Assembly: GCA_963840455.1 (NCBI GenBank)
Contig: CAWIYV010000012.1
Span: 1 to 63,747 of the forward strand
Origin: Nitrospirota bacterium
GTDB taxonomy: Bacteria; Nitrospirota; UBA9217
DNA: 63,747 nucleotides
Direction of reading: 5' to 3'
In this document: in pieces, positions 20,010 to 30,347 of the stretch
How positions within the stretch are numbered: the stretch's first letter is position 1
Layout of the letters: the number at the start of each line of letters is the position of its first letter
Translations under genes and position numbers: made by a program
Notes under the pieces: model-generated
Databases searched by the model: none
The model's input: the letters and a program-made list of their open reading frames with translations, nothing else
Told to the model about the DNA's origin: nothing

Positions 20010-21386
20010 CTAGCGCTCCGATTGAAGGTCCTTGAGCAGCCTCTGGTAGGCGGGCGCCTCGCGCAGGAGCCGGCCGGCAACCTCGCGGAGCTTGTCCACC
20101 TGCTCCTTGGGCAGCGTCAAGCTGGTCTTCACCTTCTTGAAATAGAGACGTTCGGCCGGGTCCTTCAGGTTGTCGAAGGTGACCTGCGCCACGTATCCGC
20201 GCCGCTCAGGGCCGCTGGCCGGAGATTCAGCCTGCCAGGCCACAAGCTTGTCCCGCACCTGCTCCACCGCGTCAAGGGAGATCCGGTCGACGGGGATCGA
20301 CCACATCTGGTCCGTTACTATGTCGGTATCCGGCGGCGCGGGGGAGCGGTCCCAATCCACTACAGGGAAGCGCAGCGCGTTCACAATGATGACCACCACC
20401 TTTTTGGCCCGGCGGAGCGCCGGCAGCACTGTCTCGTCCGGGTCGACCTTCAGGACCTCGAAGGCCATTATCACTTCGGTGAGGCCGATATTTTCTGAGA
20501 GGCCGCCGTCGAAGAGGTGAACGTAGGGGCGGTTCGGGTTCTCGTAGGACTGCAGCGCGCGTGCGCGGAGCAGGGCGCGGCCCGGCGTCTCGGACTGGCC
20601 GATAGCGGCCTCGGCAGCGGCTATCCAGGCCGGCGCCTTCCTGCCGCAGGTCCCGCCGCGGTTCTCCAGGGTGATGGGTGTGAGCAGCGGCGGCAGCGCC
20701 GTCGAGGTGGCAATGGCCCGTCCCAGCGTCATCTTCGAGAGATCGCCGCAGATAGCGTCGAAGTAGTCCTGCGTATAGCTGAACCGCGCGCCGGTGGTGA
20801 CATCGGTGCCGTTGATGATCACGAAGGGCCCCTTGGCTTTCTTCAGGTCGTCGAAGGTTGCGTGGTCGAACACCGTCTCATCGTAGAGCTCGGCGAAGAG
20901 GTCCGACTTTCCGAAGGTCCCGGAGGGAAGCCGGAACCAGTTGACCGGGTTCAGGATGATGCGCTTTGCCAGTTCGCTCTCGAGGTTGCGCGACAGCACC
21001 TTCGACTCGAACTCCTCGAAGGTCTTCTCGCCGCGCAGGCTGTAATAGGTGGCGGGCAGCGTGCCTCCCGACACCGCTGAGATCACGTCCACCTCGTCGA
21101 GGAGGCGGCGCTTTACGCCGTTCACCATCACCTCGGTGCGGCGCAGCTCTTCCAGGACGCCGTAGCCCAGCGCCGCAGCGCGCGTGCCGCCGCCGGAGAT
21201 GGCAAGGACCACCAGCAGGTCGTCGGACTGGCCGGGGCGGGGAGCCTCGGCGAGGCGGTAGCCCGGCGCGCCTGCCTGCTCCAGCCGCGGTGTGGCGGGC
21301 CAGTGGGCGCAGCCGCCGGCGAATACGCAGAGTGACGCCAGCAGGGTGACAGCGCACGACGAAGTGAAGATCGAGTTGTGTTTCAT
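20010..21386 (-). CDS. Patatin-like phospholipase, lipoprotein
   Basis: Lipobox-like AGGC; SGGGTRA, AVSGG nucleophile elbow and DGG motifs. Confidence 0.85.
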   Translation of the reverse strand: MKHNSIFTSSCAVTLLASLCVFAGGCAHWPATPRLEQAGAPGYRLAEAPRPGQSDDLLVVLAISGGGTRAAALGYGVLEELRRTEVMVNGVKRRLLDEVDVISAVSGGTLPATYYSLRGEKTFEEFESKVLSRNLESELAKRIILNPVNWFRLPSGTFGKSDLFAELYDETVFDHATFDDLKKAKGPFVIINGTDVTTGARFSYTQDYFDAICGDLSKMTLGRAIATSTALPPLLTPITLENRGGTCGRKAPAWIAAAEAAIGQSETPGRALLRARALQSYENPNRPYVHLFDGGLSENIGLTEVIMAFEVLKVDPDETVLPALRRAKKVVVIIVNALRFPVVDWDRSPAPPDTDIVTDQMWSIPVDRISLDAVEQVRDKLVAWQAESPASGPERRGYVAQVTFDNLKDPAERLYFKKVKTSLTLPKEQVDKLREVAGRLLREAPAYQRLLKDLQSER

Positions 21387-21448
21387 GGTCTTCCTCCTTA
21401 ATTAATTATACCTTGCGCATGGGCCTCTGCGGTTGCCGGCTCCAGACG

Positions 21449-21979
21449 CTAGTTCGATATCAGGCCCGCATTGAGCCGCCATAGCACGTAGTTCAAGTAC
21501 GATGCGAAGGTGACCCAAGCCACGTAGGGCAACATCAACCCGCCGGCAAGCCGATCCACGCGCCAGAACAACACCACGACGATCAGGATCACTACCCAAA
21601 GAGCCACGATATCGAAGAACGCCAATTCGGGCCGATGCAACCCGAAGAACAGATACGACCACAGTGTGTTGAGGACAAGCTGGACTATGAACAAGACCAG
21701 AGCCGCGCCGGCGCCGCTGAAACCCGCCTTTCGCCATACGAGCCACGCGGCCATCCCCATGAGAACATAGAGCACAGACCAGACGGGAGCGAAGATGGCG
21801 TTCGGCGGATTCCAGGAAGGTTTGGCAAGCGATGCATACCATGCGCCCGGCATAGACCGGGAGCCGATCCACCCAGCGGCGAATGAAACCACCAACCAAC
21901 CTACGAGACCTGCTGTACTTTTCCCAATACCCACAAATCCTCCTGCTGTCTGACCGATCAGTGAATTACTCATCATCAT
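21449..21979 (-). CDS. tspO: TspO/MBR tryptophan-rich sensory protein
   Basis: WYASLAKPSWNPP..IFAPVW, QLVLN.LWSYLFFG and PYVAWVTFA.YLN motifs. Confidence 0.92.
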   Translation of the reverse strand: MMMSNSLIGQTAGGFVGIGKSTAGLVGWLVVSFAAGWIGSRSMPGAWYASLAKPSWNPPNAIFAPVWSVLYVLMGMAAWLVWRKAGFSGAGAALVLFIVQLVLNTLWSYLFFGLHRPELAFFDIVALWVVILIVVVLFWRVDRLAGGLMLPYVAWVTFASYLNYVLWRLNAGLISN

Positions 21980-22050
21980 AGCAGCATTTCAAATAGTTAG
22001 TCTGCTCCGACCCCGATTAACAGGTGCATAAAGGGGAATCGATGCCACTG

Positions 22051-22719
22051 CTAGAACTTCGCCCCGAGCGAGAATACGGCAAACCTGTTGTCGCTGTCGT
22101 CAGGATTGAAGATATAGGCCCCGAGCGTCGCTTTGTGGTACATGACCTGCGCGAAGAATCCGCGCTGGATATCGCGTTCGCTTTGATAGACCATCGTACG
22201 CTGGGTGACGATGCCGAAGCGCAGCCACTCGAGCGGACTGATGCCGAGCTCGTTCCACGAATAGGTGAAGCTGTCCTGCCTGACCTCAGTGTCGCGCACG
22301 TACTCCGTTTCCGTGTAGAAGTCCACGATGCCGTAGGCGAGGCTCGCCTCGAACCCGGGCGCGATCCCCTCCTTCTGGCCGAATACCGCTCCGATGATCG
22401 GCGTCAGCTCCCAGGTGATTTTTTGACCGCCCGAGAACTTCCAGCCAACGAAGAGCGAGCCGCTGTCGATGGCCTCGTAGTTGTACCGCGCCTCGATGTG
22501 CAGCGCCTCCTTGTCCGCCCGTGCGACAGCGAGCGTGAAGTCGTCCTGGTTGCGGAAGGAGTAGTAGGATGCCGTGATGTCGTATTTCCAGCCGGTTGCA
22601 TCCGCTGTCGATGAGGTCGAGGACGCGAGCCCGGCCTCCTGCGCGCTGCAGGTCAGCGCCCCCAGCAGCAGCGCTGCTGCCACAATAATAGTGATCGATA
22701 GTCGGTCCCGCATCATCAT
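22051..22719 (-). CDS. Exported, probable outer-membrane beta-barrel hypothetical protein
   Basis: Signal peptide, alternating aromatic beta strands, ends FSLGAKF; start overlaps the upstream stop. Confidence 0.65.
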   Translation of the reverse strand: MMMRDRLSITIIVAAALLLGALTCSAQEAGLASSTSSTADATGWKYDITASYYSFRNQDDFTLAVARADKEALHIEARYNYEAIDSGSLFVGWKFSGGQKITWELTPIIGAVFGQKEGIAPGFEASLAYGIVDFYTETEYVRDTEVRQDSFTYSWNELGISPLEWLRFGIVTQRTMVYQSERDIQRGFFAQVMYHKATLGAYIFNPDDSDNRFAVFSLGAKF

Positions 22720-23377
22720 CCCCCGAGCGCCATGATGATGGTCACCAGGACGCCTCCGACAGCAGCCATTGCCAGACCGGTCTTCCAAGCTATCCCGCCG
22801 GCATACTTACCGAGCTGATAGCCGCCGATGAACAGCATCGCCAGCGCGACGCCGTTCGAGACCCGCATGGCAAGCGCCAGCTTGGAAATAAAGATGAACG
22901 GCAACACGACGGGAAAGGTCGACAGGACCACGAGCAGGAACACGCCGAACGCTCCGGCGTAATCATCGCGGCCAAGCCTCATTCGGGTCGGCACATCGGG
23001 GAGCGCAATGAGCCGCCGACGCATGTCCTCCAGACCATCAGCGCCTACCGCCTCACCCAGTCTGCCGGGCAGGGCCTCGGCGATGGCTTCGTGCGCTGTC
23101 TGCCTGTCCTTGGCGTGCGGACCACGCCCAGGAGCGTCAGGTTACGCGCCCGGCCGGTCATCGTCGCCACGAGGTACATCACCGCATCGACCAGTCCCCA
23201 GGCGAGGTTGCACCCGAGCGCGGTCAGCATCACGGTACGGACCTCCTCGCGCCCTGCTGTCGCGGCATTAAGCGCTCCGGTGAACGACAGCGCCATGAGC
23301 ACGCCGAAGATGATCTCGGAAATGCGGCTGACCGGGTCCAGCACCCGCTCGCGCTGCTCTTTTTTCTGTTCAGGCAT
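22716..23377 (-). CDS. VIT1/CCC1-like membrane protein, one frameshift
   Basis: LDPVSRISEIIFGVLMAL...GCNLAWGLVDAVMY in ORF 23045..23467 continues after a shift near 23115 into ORF 22716..23024 (STFPVVLPF...IIMALGG). Confidence 0.72.
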
Positions 23378-23413
23378 GCAAGCCCCTTTCCGTTCGACGC
23401 GAATTGATGATCT

Positions 23414-23544
23414 TCTCCTGCAGAGAACGCTGAGATCGCGAGAGATTCCATCAGCAAATCCATTCATAATCGCGAGTCATTCTTTTATAGATTTCCAGGC
23501 TGATATTGAATCCCTCTGCGTGCTCTGCGCCCTCAGAGGTGAGA
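23414..23544. repeat. Inverted element built of ~9-bp CGCAGAG-type units
   Basis: Left arm CTGCAGAGAACGCTGAGATCGCGAGAG, AT-rich spacer, right arm CTCTGCGTGCTCTGCGCCCTCAGAGGTGAGA. Confidence 0.6.
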
Positions 23545-23561
23545 TACTGTCATGACCTGCA

Positions 23562-24658
23562 TTAATGCGCCAGGGGCGGCAGCAGGTAGAGCGTGATCGC
23601 GAAGGTCAGGTAGACTGTCAGCACCATCACGCCAATGAACCATGCCGAGCGGCCGCCGGTGGAGATGAGCGCCGCAGTCATGGTCGCCAGCAGGATCATG
23701 ACCACGGCGCCGGGCCAGAACTGCAGGGTCATCGGCGACGGACCGAGCACGTAGCTGAGCAGCACCAGGATCGGGACCACGCACACCGCTATCTGCGTGG
23801 CGCTTCCCAGCGCGATGCCGATGCTGATGTCGAGCCGGTTCTTCCGCGCCGCCGAAAAGGCCGACGCCATCTCCGGAATGCCGCCCACCAGCGACACGAC
23901 GACGAAACCGACGAAGGCCTTGGTCATCCCCAGCGTCTTTGCTGCTTCCTGCACTGACCCGACGAACACTTCGCTGATCAGCGCAGTCAGGACGGTGACG
24001 CCGCCAAGCCCCGAGCGCCAGGGCCATCGGCCAGGGCGCGCTCTCTTCTCCCCCCATGGGCCTCCGCGGAACCGAAGAACTCTTTGTGCGTCTTGAGCGA
24101 GAAGAGCAGCCCGAGGCCGTAGAGCGAGAGGAGGAGGATTGCCAGGGAAAAGCTAAGGTTCGCCGTGAACGCCGTGCCCTTCACGGCGTCCGCCGCTCCG
24201 ACGGCCGATGGGATGAGCAGCGCGACCACCGCAAGAAACAGCTGGCCCGCCTGGAGCCGCGCGCCCGCTTTATTGAATTCCTGCACATGGTTCCTGAGCC
24301 CGCCCAGCAGGAGCGACGCGCCGAGCACGAACAGCGATTTGGTCACGATCGCCCCGATCATGGTCGCCTTCACCAGCATGTACTCTCCGGCGCGCAGCGC
24401 GGCCAGCGCAATGATCATTTCGGTCAGGTTCCCCAGCGTGGCGCTGAGCATTCCGCCTACCGCGTCCCCGGTCTTTGCGGCCACCGCCTCCGTGGCGCGG
24501 CTCGTCAGCGCCGCGAGCGGCACGATGGCGAGGACGGACAGCACGAAGAGCAGCGTCGGCGAATCGGCCCACACATGTTCGGCAATGAAAACCACCGGCA
24601 CGAACACCAGCAGCCAGAGCATCGGATTATTGCGTATCTCTTTCAGGAGCAGGTTCAT
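23562..24658 (-). CDS. Ca2+/H+ exchanger (CaCA/CAX family), two frameshifts in G-runs
   Basis: ATLGNLTEMII alpha-1 repeat and VGGIPE...GSATQIA alpha-2 repeat, spread over ORFs 23987..24658, 23533..24057 and 23562..23969. Confidence 0.82.
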
Positions 24659-24694
24659 AGTGGTATTCTCCTCGCTCTCAACGTATAGTCAATC

Positions 24695-24860
24695 TTTTAC
24701 CACAGAGACCACCGAGGACACAGAGAGGTTCTTGATAACTGATAAGGAGCGTTATCACGAATCTCGCGAATGATACGAATGGCACGAATAAAAGACGTAA
24801 GACGACCAACGATAAAGAACCTATTCGTGTGAATCTATAATTCGTGTCATTCGTGTTGAT
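24695..24860. repeat. CACAGAG half-element plus CACGAAT/ATTCGTG inverted element
   Basis: ACCACAGAGACCACCGAGGACACAGAG (24699-24725). Four CACGAAT-like units at 24756-24789 and three inverted ATTCGTG units at 24823-24855. Confidence 0.62.
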
Positions 24861-24878
24861 GCATCTTGCGGTGATCGT

Positions 24879-26357
24879 TCATACTACAAGGACCTGGAAC
24901 AGGTGGCATTGCCAGGGCTTCATGTCGAAGTACACACCGCCATCCCGCATCTCGTCCCCGCTCCGGTCATAGGTCTCTCCATACAGCACATCGATGAGAC
25001 GCCATGTCTTTTCTCTCAGCTCATCCCACGGCACATGGACACGTGCCTGGGTGGCTTCCTGCCGGAAATTGATGATGACAAGAAAGCGCTCATCGCCCTT
25101 AACCCAGCACCAGGCCAGAATGTTCAGGAAGCTATTATTGTCCGGCCAGCCGCTCCGTTCACAGAGGCGCCATTCGCCGTTCCGAAATACAGCACGATTG
25201 GTCTCCTTCAACAAGCGTCCGTAGAAGGCCGCGAGGTCATGATCAGCCTGCTCTGCCGGGCGGCGGCCGAGAAAGACCGGCAGCCTCACCTTCCTTCCCT
25301 CGAACTGCCCTTCGTGCAGCAGTCTTGCCCCGGTGAGAGTGAGGACCGCCACAGCCGCGGCGCGACCTTTGCCGTCCGGAAACGTGGAAGCGGCCCTGGG
25401 CTCGTCATGGTTCTCGATGAATCGGACCATCCCCTTTTGGTAGGAGGGGTCCGCAAGGAGATGCAGACGCACGCTCTCGGCGTCCCCGTGTTCCATCCGG
25501 TCATAGAGCTTCTTGTCGTAGCAGTGATCGAAACCCTGCCGCTGCAGTTCCCATTCCAGGTCCCAGTATGCCTCTGCGATGAACTTGAACTCCCGATGCT
25601 TCTTCCTGATCGCCGGGATGACTGTCGTCCAGTAGTCGTTTACCGGCTTTGCTCCGGCACGAGCCCCCCAGGTGCGCTCGAAGATGTTGTTCAGCAGGAG
25701 CATGGCCATGTCGCACCGGATGCCGTCACATTGTTCGGCAATGTTTGAAACAGTATCGATCACCGCCTGCCGGAGCCCCGGCTGAAAGGCGTTCAGCTGG
25801 AGCACATCGGACCATGCGGGGAAGAATGGATCCCGTCCGCAGGCAAACACCTTCCCGCCCGCCTCGATGAAGGACGCCGGATCGTTCCTCGCGTCGTCAG
25901 CGCTCCCCTGAACGAAGTATTCCGGATGTTCGCTCACCCACGGGTGATCGGGCGCCACGTGATTGGGAACAAAATCGAGGATGAGGCGGATGTTGCGCTG
26001 TGCGAGGGTATTCCGGGCTGCTGCCAGCCCCTTCGGACCGCCGAGGTGCTGGTCCACGACATAACGCCGCACGCAGTAGGGCGATCCGACGTTGTCTTCC
26101 GATGAAAAGTCAGAGAGGGCCCTCTTGAAATCCTCAAGGAGCCCCTTGTTCCGCATGGAGATCTCGATCCCGGCAGGGCTACGCTCCCAGACACCCATGA
26201 ACCAGACGGCGTCAAAGCCATAAGAGGCGATGGCATCCCACTCCTGTTCCGGGACCGTCGAGAGATCCACCGGTTGACCGTATTTCAGGCCGAGCTCACG
26301 GAGCCAGACCCAGGTATTGATCTCATAGATAATAGGGTATTTGGACCAGGCTCTCAT
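24879..26357 (-). CDS. Alpha-amylase family glycoside hydrolase (GH13)
   Basis: LDFVPNH, DGIRCDMA, FIAEAY and FIENHDE conserved regions. Confidence 0.9.
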   Translation of the reverse strand: MRAWSKYPIIYEINTWVWLRELGLKYGQPVDLSTVPEQEWDAIASYGFDAVWFMGVWERSPAGIEISMRNKGLLEDFKRALSDFSSEDNVGSPYCVRRYVVDQHLGGPKGLAAARNTLAQRNIRLILDFVPNHVAPDHPWVSEHPEYFVQGSADDARNDPASFIEAGGKVFACGRDPFFPAWSDVLQLNAFQPGLRQAVIDTVSNIAEQCDGIRCDMAMLLLNNIFERTWGARAGAKPVNDYWTTVIPAIRKKHREFKFIAEAYWDLEWELQRQGFDHCYDKKLYDRMEHGDAESVRLHLLADPSYQKGMVRFIENHDEPRAASTFPDGKGRAAAVAVLTLTGARLLHEGQFEGRKVRLPVFLGRRPAEQADHDLAAFYGRLLKETNRAVFRNGEWRLCERSGWPDNNSFLNILAWCWVKGDERFLVIINFRQEATQARVHVPWDELREKTWRLIDVLYGETYDRSGDEMRDGGVYFDMKPWQCHLFQVLVV

Positions 26358-26410
26358 GGTATGCCCCCTTACCAGTCAGTCGATTTTCTCATCCCTTTTC
26401 CCGTACATCA

Positions 26411-26460
26411 TTGAGCACCCTGCAGCAAAATACAGGGAATGTGCTCCCTCCTGGATTCAT
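26411..26460. mobile_element. 50-bp single-hairpin derivative of the 117-bp element
   Basis: TTGAGCA-CCCTGCAGCAAAATACAGGG-AATGTGCTCCCTCCTGGATTCA joins the left start and right end of the 15519/60354 element. Confidence 0.55.
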
Positions 26461-26466
26461 GCCCGT

Positions 26467-27327
26467 TCAGAAGCGGATCGTCGCGCCGAGCGCGGGGCCG
26501 CTGAAGCGCAAGTTCTGGAGAAGTTTATCATTCCCTTGATCGTAATAAAGATCGCGATAAGCGAGCGTCGCCTCGCCCCACTTGAACGAGTAGGCGATGC
26601 CGAGCATCACCTGACATGTCGGGCTCGACGATCCTGCCCCGATGTCGAAGTAGTACGGGATCGACCAGTCGCTGCTGCCGAGCGGAACGCGCCCTCGGAT
26701 ACCAATGATCGCATCCCAGAGGTCCGCCCGCTCGGAGATCCCGCCGGTCCGCGGGAACGTCTGCACTCCTCCCGGCCCGGCGACATCTAGCGTGAGCTGC
26801 CAGTCCGTCGTGGCCATAAGGCCGAAGTAACGCACACCTCCGAACACGTCGAGCGTCACGGCACTGCCGGTCTGGATCGCGTAACCCGTGCCGAGCGTCC
26901 AGGTCATGCCCCGAAACGTCGTGCTGGTCGCAAGGTTCACGCTGGAGCTCACAAGACTGCCGCCGAAATCGATCGCTCTTGACTGTGCTTTCCTCGTCGG
27001 CGAAGCTCAGATAGATGAGATCGGTGAACACCGACCACCGGCCCCTGCGAGCCTCGCGCCGAGAGCAGCATGAGCCCCTGAAGGTTCTGGAGATATTCGT
27101 TCGGTCCCGTCTCGACCTCCGGGCTCCCACTCCGCCGCCCTGCGGAATGTTGTACTTCAGCTGCCGTTGATATTCGGCAGCCAGAGGTAGGGTGTTATCG
27201 AGAACTTCCACTGGTCGGCGGGCGCAACGGTTTGTGCCTGCGCCGGGGCCGTGAAGATCATGGCAGTCATCGCGGCCAGCAAAACCATTCCCATCACAAC
27301 GCGCTGCAGGCGGATCAACGAGTTCAT
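26467..27327 (-). CDS. Outer-membrane beta-barrel hypothetical protein with several frameshifts
   Basis: Signal peptide MNSLIRLQ...AQAQ from 27327; pieces (W.VFTDLIYL) in ORF 26528..27211; C-terminus GPALGATIRF in ORF 26467..26952. Confidence 0.65.
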
Positions 27328-27437
27328 CCTGTGCTCCTTTGCAAGTGCCGTATTAAGCCTTCTTTATTGTATTAGTGTACCATAGGCATCGGTAAATTCC
27401 CCACCCCCTGTGCTCAAAGCGGGGCGGGGAAGGTCAG

Positions 27438-27836
27438 TTATTTCGTACCGCTTGGCGCAGAACTCGGCTCTGCTGTTGGCGCCGGAGCAGGTGCTGCCGC
27501 CGGTGCTGGAGCCTCTGCCGGGGCGGGTGCTACTGTCGGTGCCACGACCGCTGCCGGGGCCGCTGTCGGTGTAGGCTTGCTCACGGGAGCAGCAAGGCCG
27601 GCTTTATATTCTTTCTCACTGATCTCCTTCACTTGCGAATTCTGGAGCGTGACGATGCTGCCGGTGCGAGTATCCATCACTTTTACCGCACCACCTGCGA
27701 GAGTATCAACTTTCTCAGTATAATACTCCTTGCCCGATTGTGGATCCGTCACCTTGTAATATGATGCGCATCCAATGACAATCAGCCCAACGCACAGACT
27801 TACCACAAGCCATCCATACCTCATATGTCGTTTCAT
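27438..27836 (-). CDS. Small lipoprotein with Ala/Pro-rich tail
   Basis: Lipobox VIGC-ASYYKVTDP, with a low-complexity APA tail. Confidence 0.7.
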   Translation of the reverse strand: MKRHMRYGWLVVSLCVGLIVIGCASYYKVTDPQSGKEYYTEKVDTLAGGAVKVMDTRTGSIVTLQNSQVKEISEKEYKAGLAAPVSKPTPTAAPAAVVAPTVAPAPAEAPAPAAAPAPAPTAEPSSAPSGTK

Positions 27837-27993
27837 GGTTATTTCTCCTTTCATCATAAATACAGCGTTTAGTTTCAGGTTGGCGCGGAAAGAACAAAGG
27901 ACCGCGCCATGCACATCAGCTTATCAACGTTAGGACTATGTCTGACGTCACCTCCTTCCCGCAGAGGTCTGAAGAGGATCATTCAGGGACCGC

Positions 27994-28404
27994 TTATTTC
28001 AACCCCGTGTCCTTCATGGACTGTTTGCACCGCTTGCTGACCTTCGCGTCGTTCTTGTCGAGGCACTGGAGCAGCCGCCCCTCGCCGGGCTTGATATCGG
28101 CGCAATAGTTCATCAGATCGTCGCGGCACTCGTTCGCCACGTAGGTCAGAGCGGTCAGCGCCCGCTCAAGCTGGGCTACTGCATCATAGAGCGCATACTC
28201 GCACTGGCCTGACAATTTGTCCTCATGAGCATAGAGACAGGCGAGAACACGCCCCTCGCCGGGCGTCACCTCCTTGCAGTAGGTCGTGATCTCCTTATCA
28301 CAGCCCCTTGTCACGCTTTCTACCAGCGAATACCTGGTAGAGGCGCATCCACCGAACACCAGCGCAAGACACGTCACCAGAATCCACATCGATGTTTGCT
28401 TCAT
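27994..28404 (-). CDS. Cysteine-rich-repeat lipoprotein
   Basis: Lipobox FGGC; two C..E...YC..V.PGEGR...CL repeats; tandem paralog of 28428..28841. Confidence 0.8.
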   Translation of the reverse strand: MKQTSMWILVTCLALVFGGCASTRYSLVESVTRGCDKEITTYCKEVTPGEGRVLACLYAHEDKLSGQCEYALYDAVAQLERALTALTYVANECRDDLMNYCADIKPGEGRLLQCLDKNDAKVSKRCKQSMKDTGLK

Positions 28405-28427
28405 GATCTTATCTTGCCCCCCTTCTG

Positions 28428-28841
28428 TTATTTCTTCAGCCCCGTGTCCTTCAAGGCCTGCTTGCAACGACTGCTAACCTTCGCATCGTTCCTGTCGATG
28501 CACTGGAGCAGCCGCCCTTGTCCAGGTTTGATATCGGCGCAGTACTTCGTCAGGTCGTCCCTGCACTCGTTCGCCACGTAGGCCAGGGCGTTTATGGCCC
28601 GCTCAAGCTGCACCGCGGCATCGTAAAGCGCGTACTCGCACTGGGCCGACAGCTTGTCGCTGAACGCGTACAGGCAGGCAAGCCCTCTCCCTTCGCCCGG
28701 CGTCACGTCCTTGCAGAAGGTCTTGAGCTCCTTGTCGCATCCCTTGACCACGCTGTCGATCAGCGCCTGCTGGGCCGAGGTGACCCCACTGAACACCAAC
28801 ACCATACCGATGACCACCATCCACACCATTGCATACCGCAT
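28428..28841 (-). CDS. Exported cysteine-rich-repeat protein, copy A
   Basis: Signal peptide and 8 Cys in two repeats; near-duplicate at 39068..39481. Confidence 0.85.
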   Translation of the reverse strand: MRYAMVWMVVIGMVLVFSGVTSAQQALIDSVVKGCDKELKTFCKDVTPGEGRGLACLYAFSDKLSAQCEYALYDAAVQLERAINALAYVANECRDDLTKYCADIKPGQGRLLQCIDRNDAKVSSRCKQALKDTGLKK

Positions 28842-28880
28842 GTTTACTTCCTCCTTTGCTCCTGTGATATACGTCGCTGA

Positions 28881-28922
28881 TTATGCCGACGCTCTTGCCT
28901 TCTCGAGGGTCTCGGTCTCGCT
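28881..28922 (-). pseudogene. Orphan 3' end of an unknown gene (...ETLEKARASA*)
   Basis: The same C-terminal peptide and stop precede copy B at 39521; no parent gene in the window. Confidence 0.5.
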
Positions 28923-28965
28923 CACACTGCCTCTGCCTTCTCCCCCTCTGACCATGCTCCTCCGG

Positions 28966-30162
28966 CTACCCGAGCCGCTCTCCGGATTGCAGCGCTGCAG
29001 CCGTCTGCGGAAGCTTTGACGTAGTTGTTTTCTTCCATTGCTCTTCCAGCAGTTCTCTGGCCGCCTTCTCAAGGAACTCCGGTGCGGCCCACTTCTGCAC
29101 ATCGAAGTCGTTCTTTATGTAGCCGTGGCTCAGCATGAAATTTTTGCCGATCTCGACGGCGGCCAGGTTCTGAAGTGACAGGTTCGGCACCAGATCCACG
29201 TCCCTGATGCCTTGGTAGGTGTGCTCGATGTCGCGGTAGAAGGTCTGCTGGTCGAGGATTTCCGCAGCGGCGCGCTTGTTCTCGTTGGCCCAGCGCCCGG
29301 CGCGGATCATGCCTTTCATGAACGTAACGGCGAGTTCGGGATGTTGCTCGGCCATGACATCGGTACATGTGATGGCCGCGGGAATGTTGGCCACCTGCAG
29401 GCGCCAGTCCGGATAGCGGGAAAGATCTTCGATCGCCGCGAACTTGCCCGTCGCCTCGGAAACCTGCTGGAGCGGTTTGGTTTGCATGTACATCGCATCG
29501 ATGACTCCCTTTTCCAGCGCGGACTCCAACGGACGGAAGGCCAAGTCGCGCTTGTGGTCACGCTTCAGCCACAGATCAATCGAGAGTTCCATGACCGGGC
29601 CCATCATCGCCAGATCGTTGTACCAGTCGTCCGCGTAGGGGAACTCGACGAGTTCAATGTCGTCCATGGTCATGCCGTTCATCCGGAGCATGAGTTCGAT
29701 CCCCTGGTGCTCCTGAATGCGCCACCAGTCGTTCTTGATCTTGTTCATGCTCTTGGAAAGGCCGATCTTTTTGCCCTTCAGATCCTGCATGCGGTAGATG
29801 TTGTCCTTGGCGCGCACCATCATGACACCGCCTTCGGCCGGCATTTGGGTGACGCCCAGCAGCCTGGTCCGACGGATGTCCGCGTGCACTTCGATCGGGG
29901 GGAACAGCCCGCCGAAGCGGATGAGATTGTCCAAGTTGTGGATGTAGTGCGGATACCAGTCGTTCTCAGGGGTGGAACGCATGTAAGCAAACTTCACGCC
30001 GATTTTCTTATACTCTTTCTTGGTCAAGCCCAGTCCCTCGTCCACATTGGACGCGGAAACAAGTGGGCAGTTGGTGTAGTACACTTCTTTCCAATCTAGC
30101 TTCACCACGTTTAATTTTGTGTTATCGAGTGTTGTCTCTTTTATTTTCTTTTCGTCAGCCAT
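28966..30162 (-). CDS. DszB-like desulfinase / substrate-binding-fold protein
   Basis: YTNCP, H...L...IRFGG..PP and DLKGKKIG motifs; no signal peptide; no ABC permease or ATPase adjacent. Confidence 0.72.
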   Translation of the reverse strand: MADEKKIKETTLDNTKLNVVKLDWKEVYYTNCPLVSASNVDEGLGLTKKEYKKIGVKFAYMRSTPENDWYPHYIHNLDNLIRFGGLFPPIEVHADIRRTRLLGVTQMPAEGGVMMVRAKDNIYRMQDLKGKKIGLSKSMNKIKNDWWRIQEHQGIELMLRMNGMTMDDIELVEFPYADDWYNDLAMMGPVMELSIDLWLKRDHKRDLAFRPLESALEKGVIDAMYMQTKPLQQVSEATGKFAAIEDLSRYPDWRLQVANIPAAITCTDVMAEQHPELAVTFMKGMIRAGRWANENKRAAAEILDQQTFYRDIEHTYQGIRDVDLVPNLSLQNLAAVEIGKNFMLSHGYIKNDFDVQKWAAPEFLEKAARELLEEQWKKTTTSKLPQTAAALQSGERLG

Positions 30163-30347
30163 GATCAGTCTCTCCTTTTTAATGTGATTTTTCATCACCG
30201 GACCGGCGGTGATGACGATCTGTTCGGATTCCAGGCCCGTCGCATGGTGAAACTATTCCTTCATGTGTCACTGAGCTTATATTTTTATCATCCCCTTTCT
30301 TTTATAAGAGCAGTTAACTTGATCTCTCTATAACGGGGCGCATATAC

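Noticed and set aside
23987-24060. Programmed frameshifting or phase variation in the Ca/H exchanger
   Set aside because: The G-runs are short (4-6 nt), two shifts are needed, and similar indels are scattered across unrelated genes.
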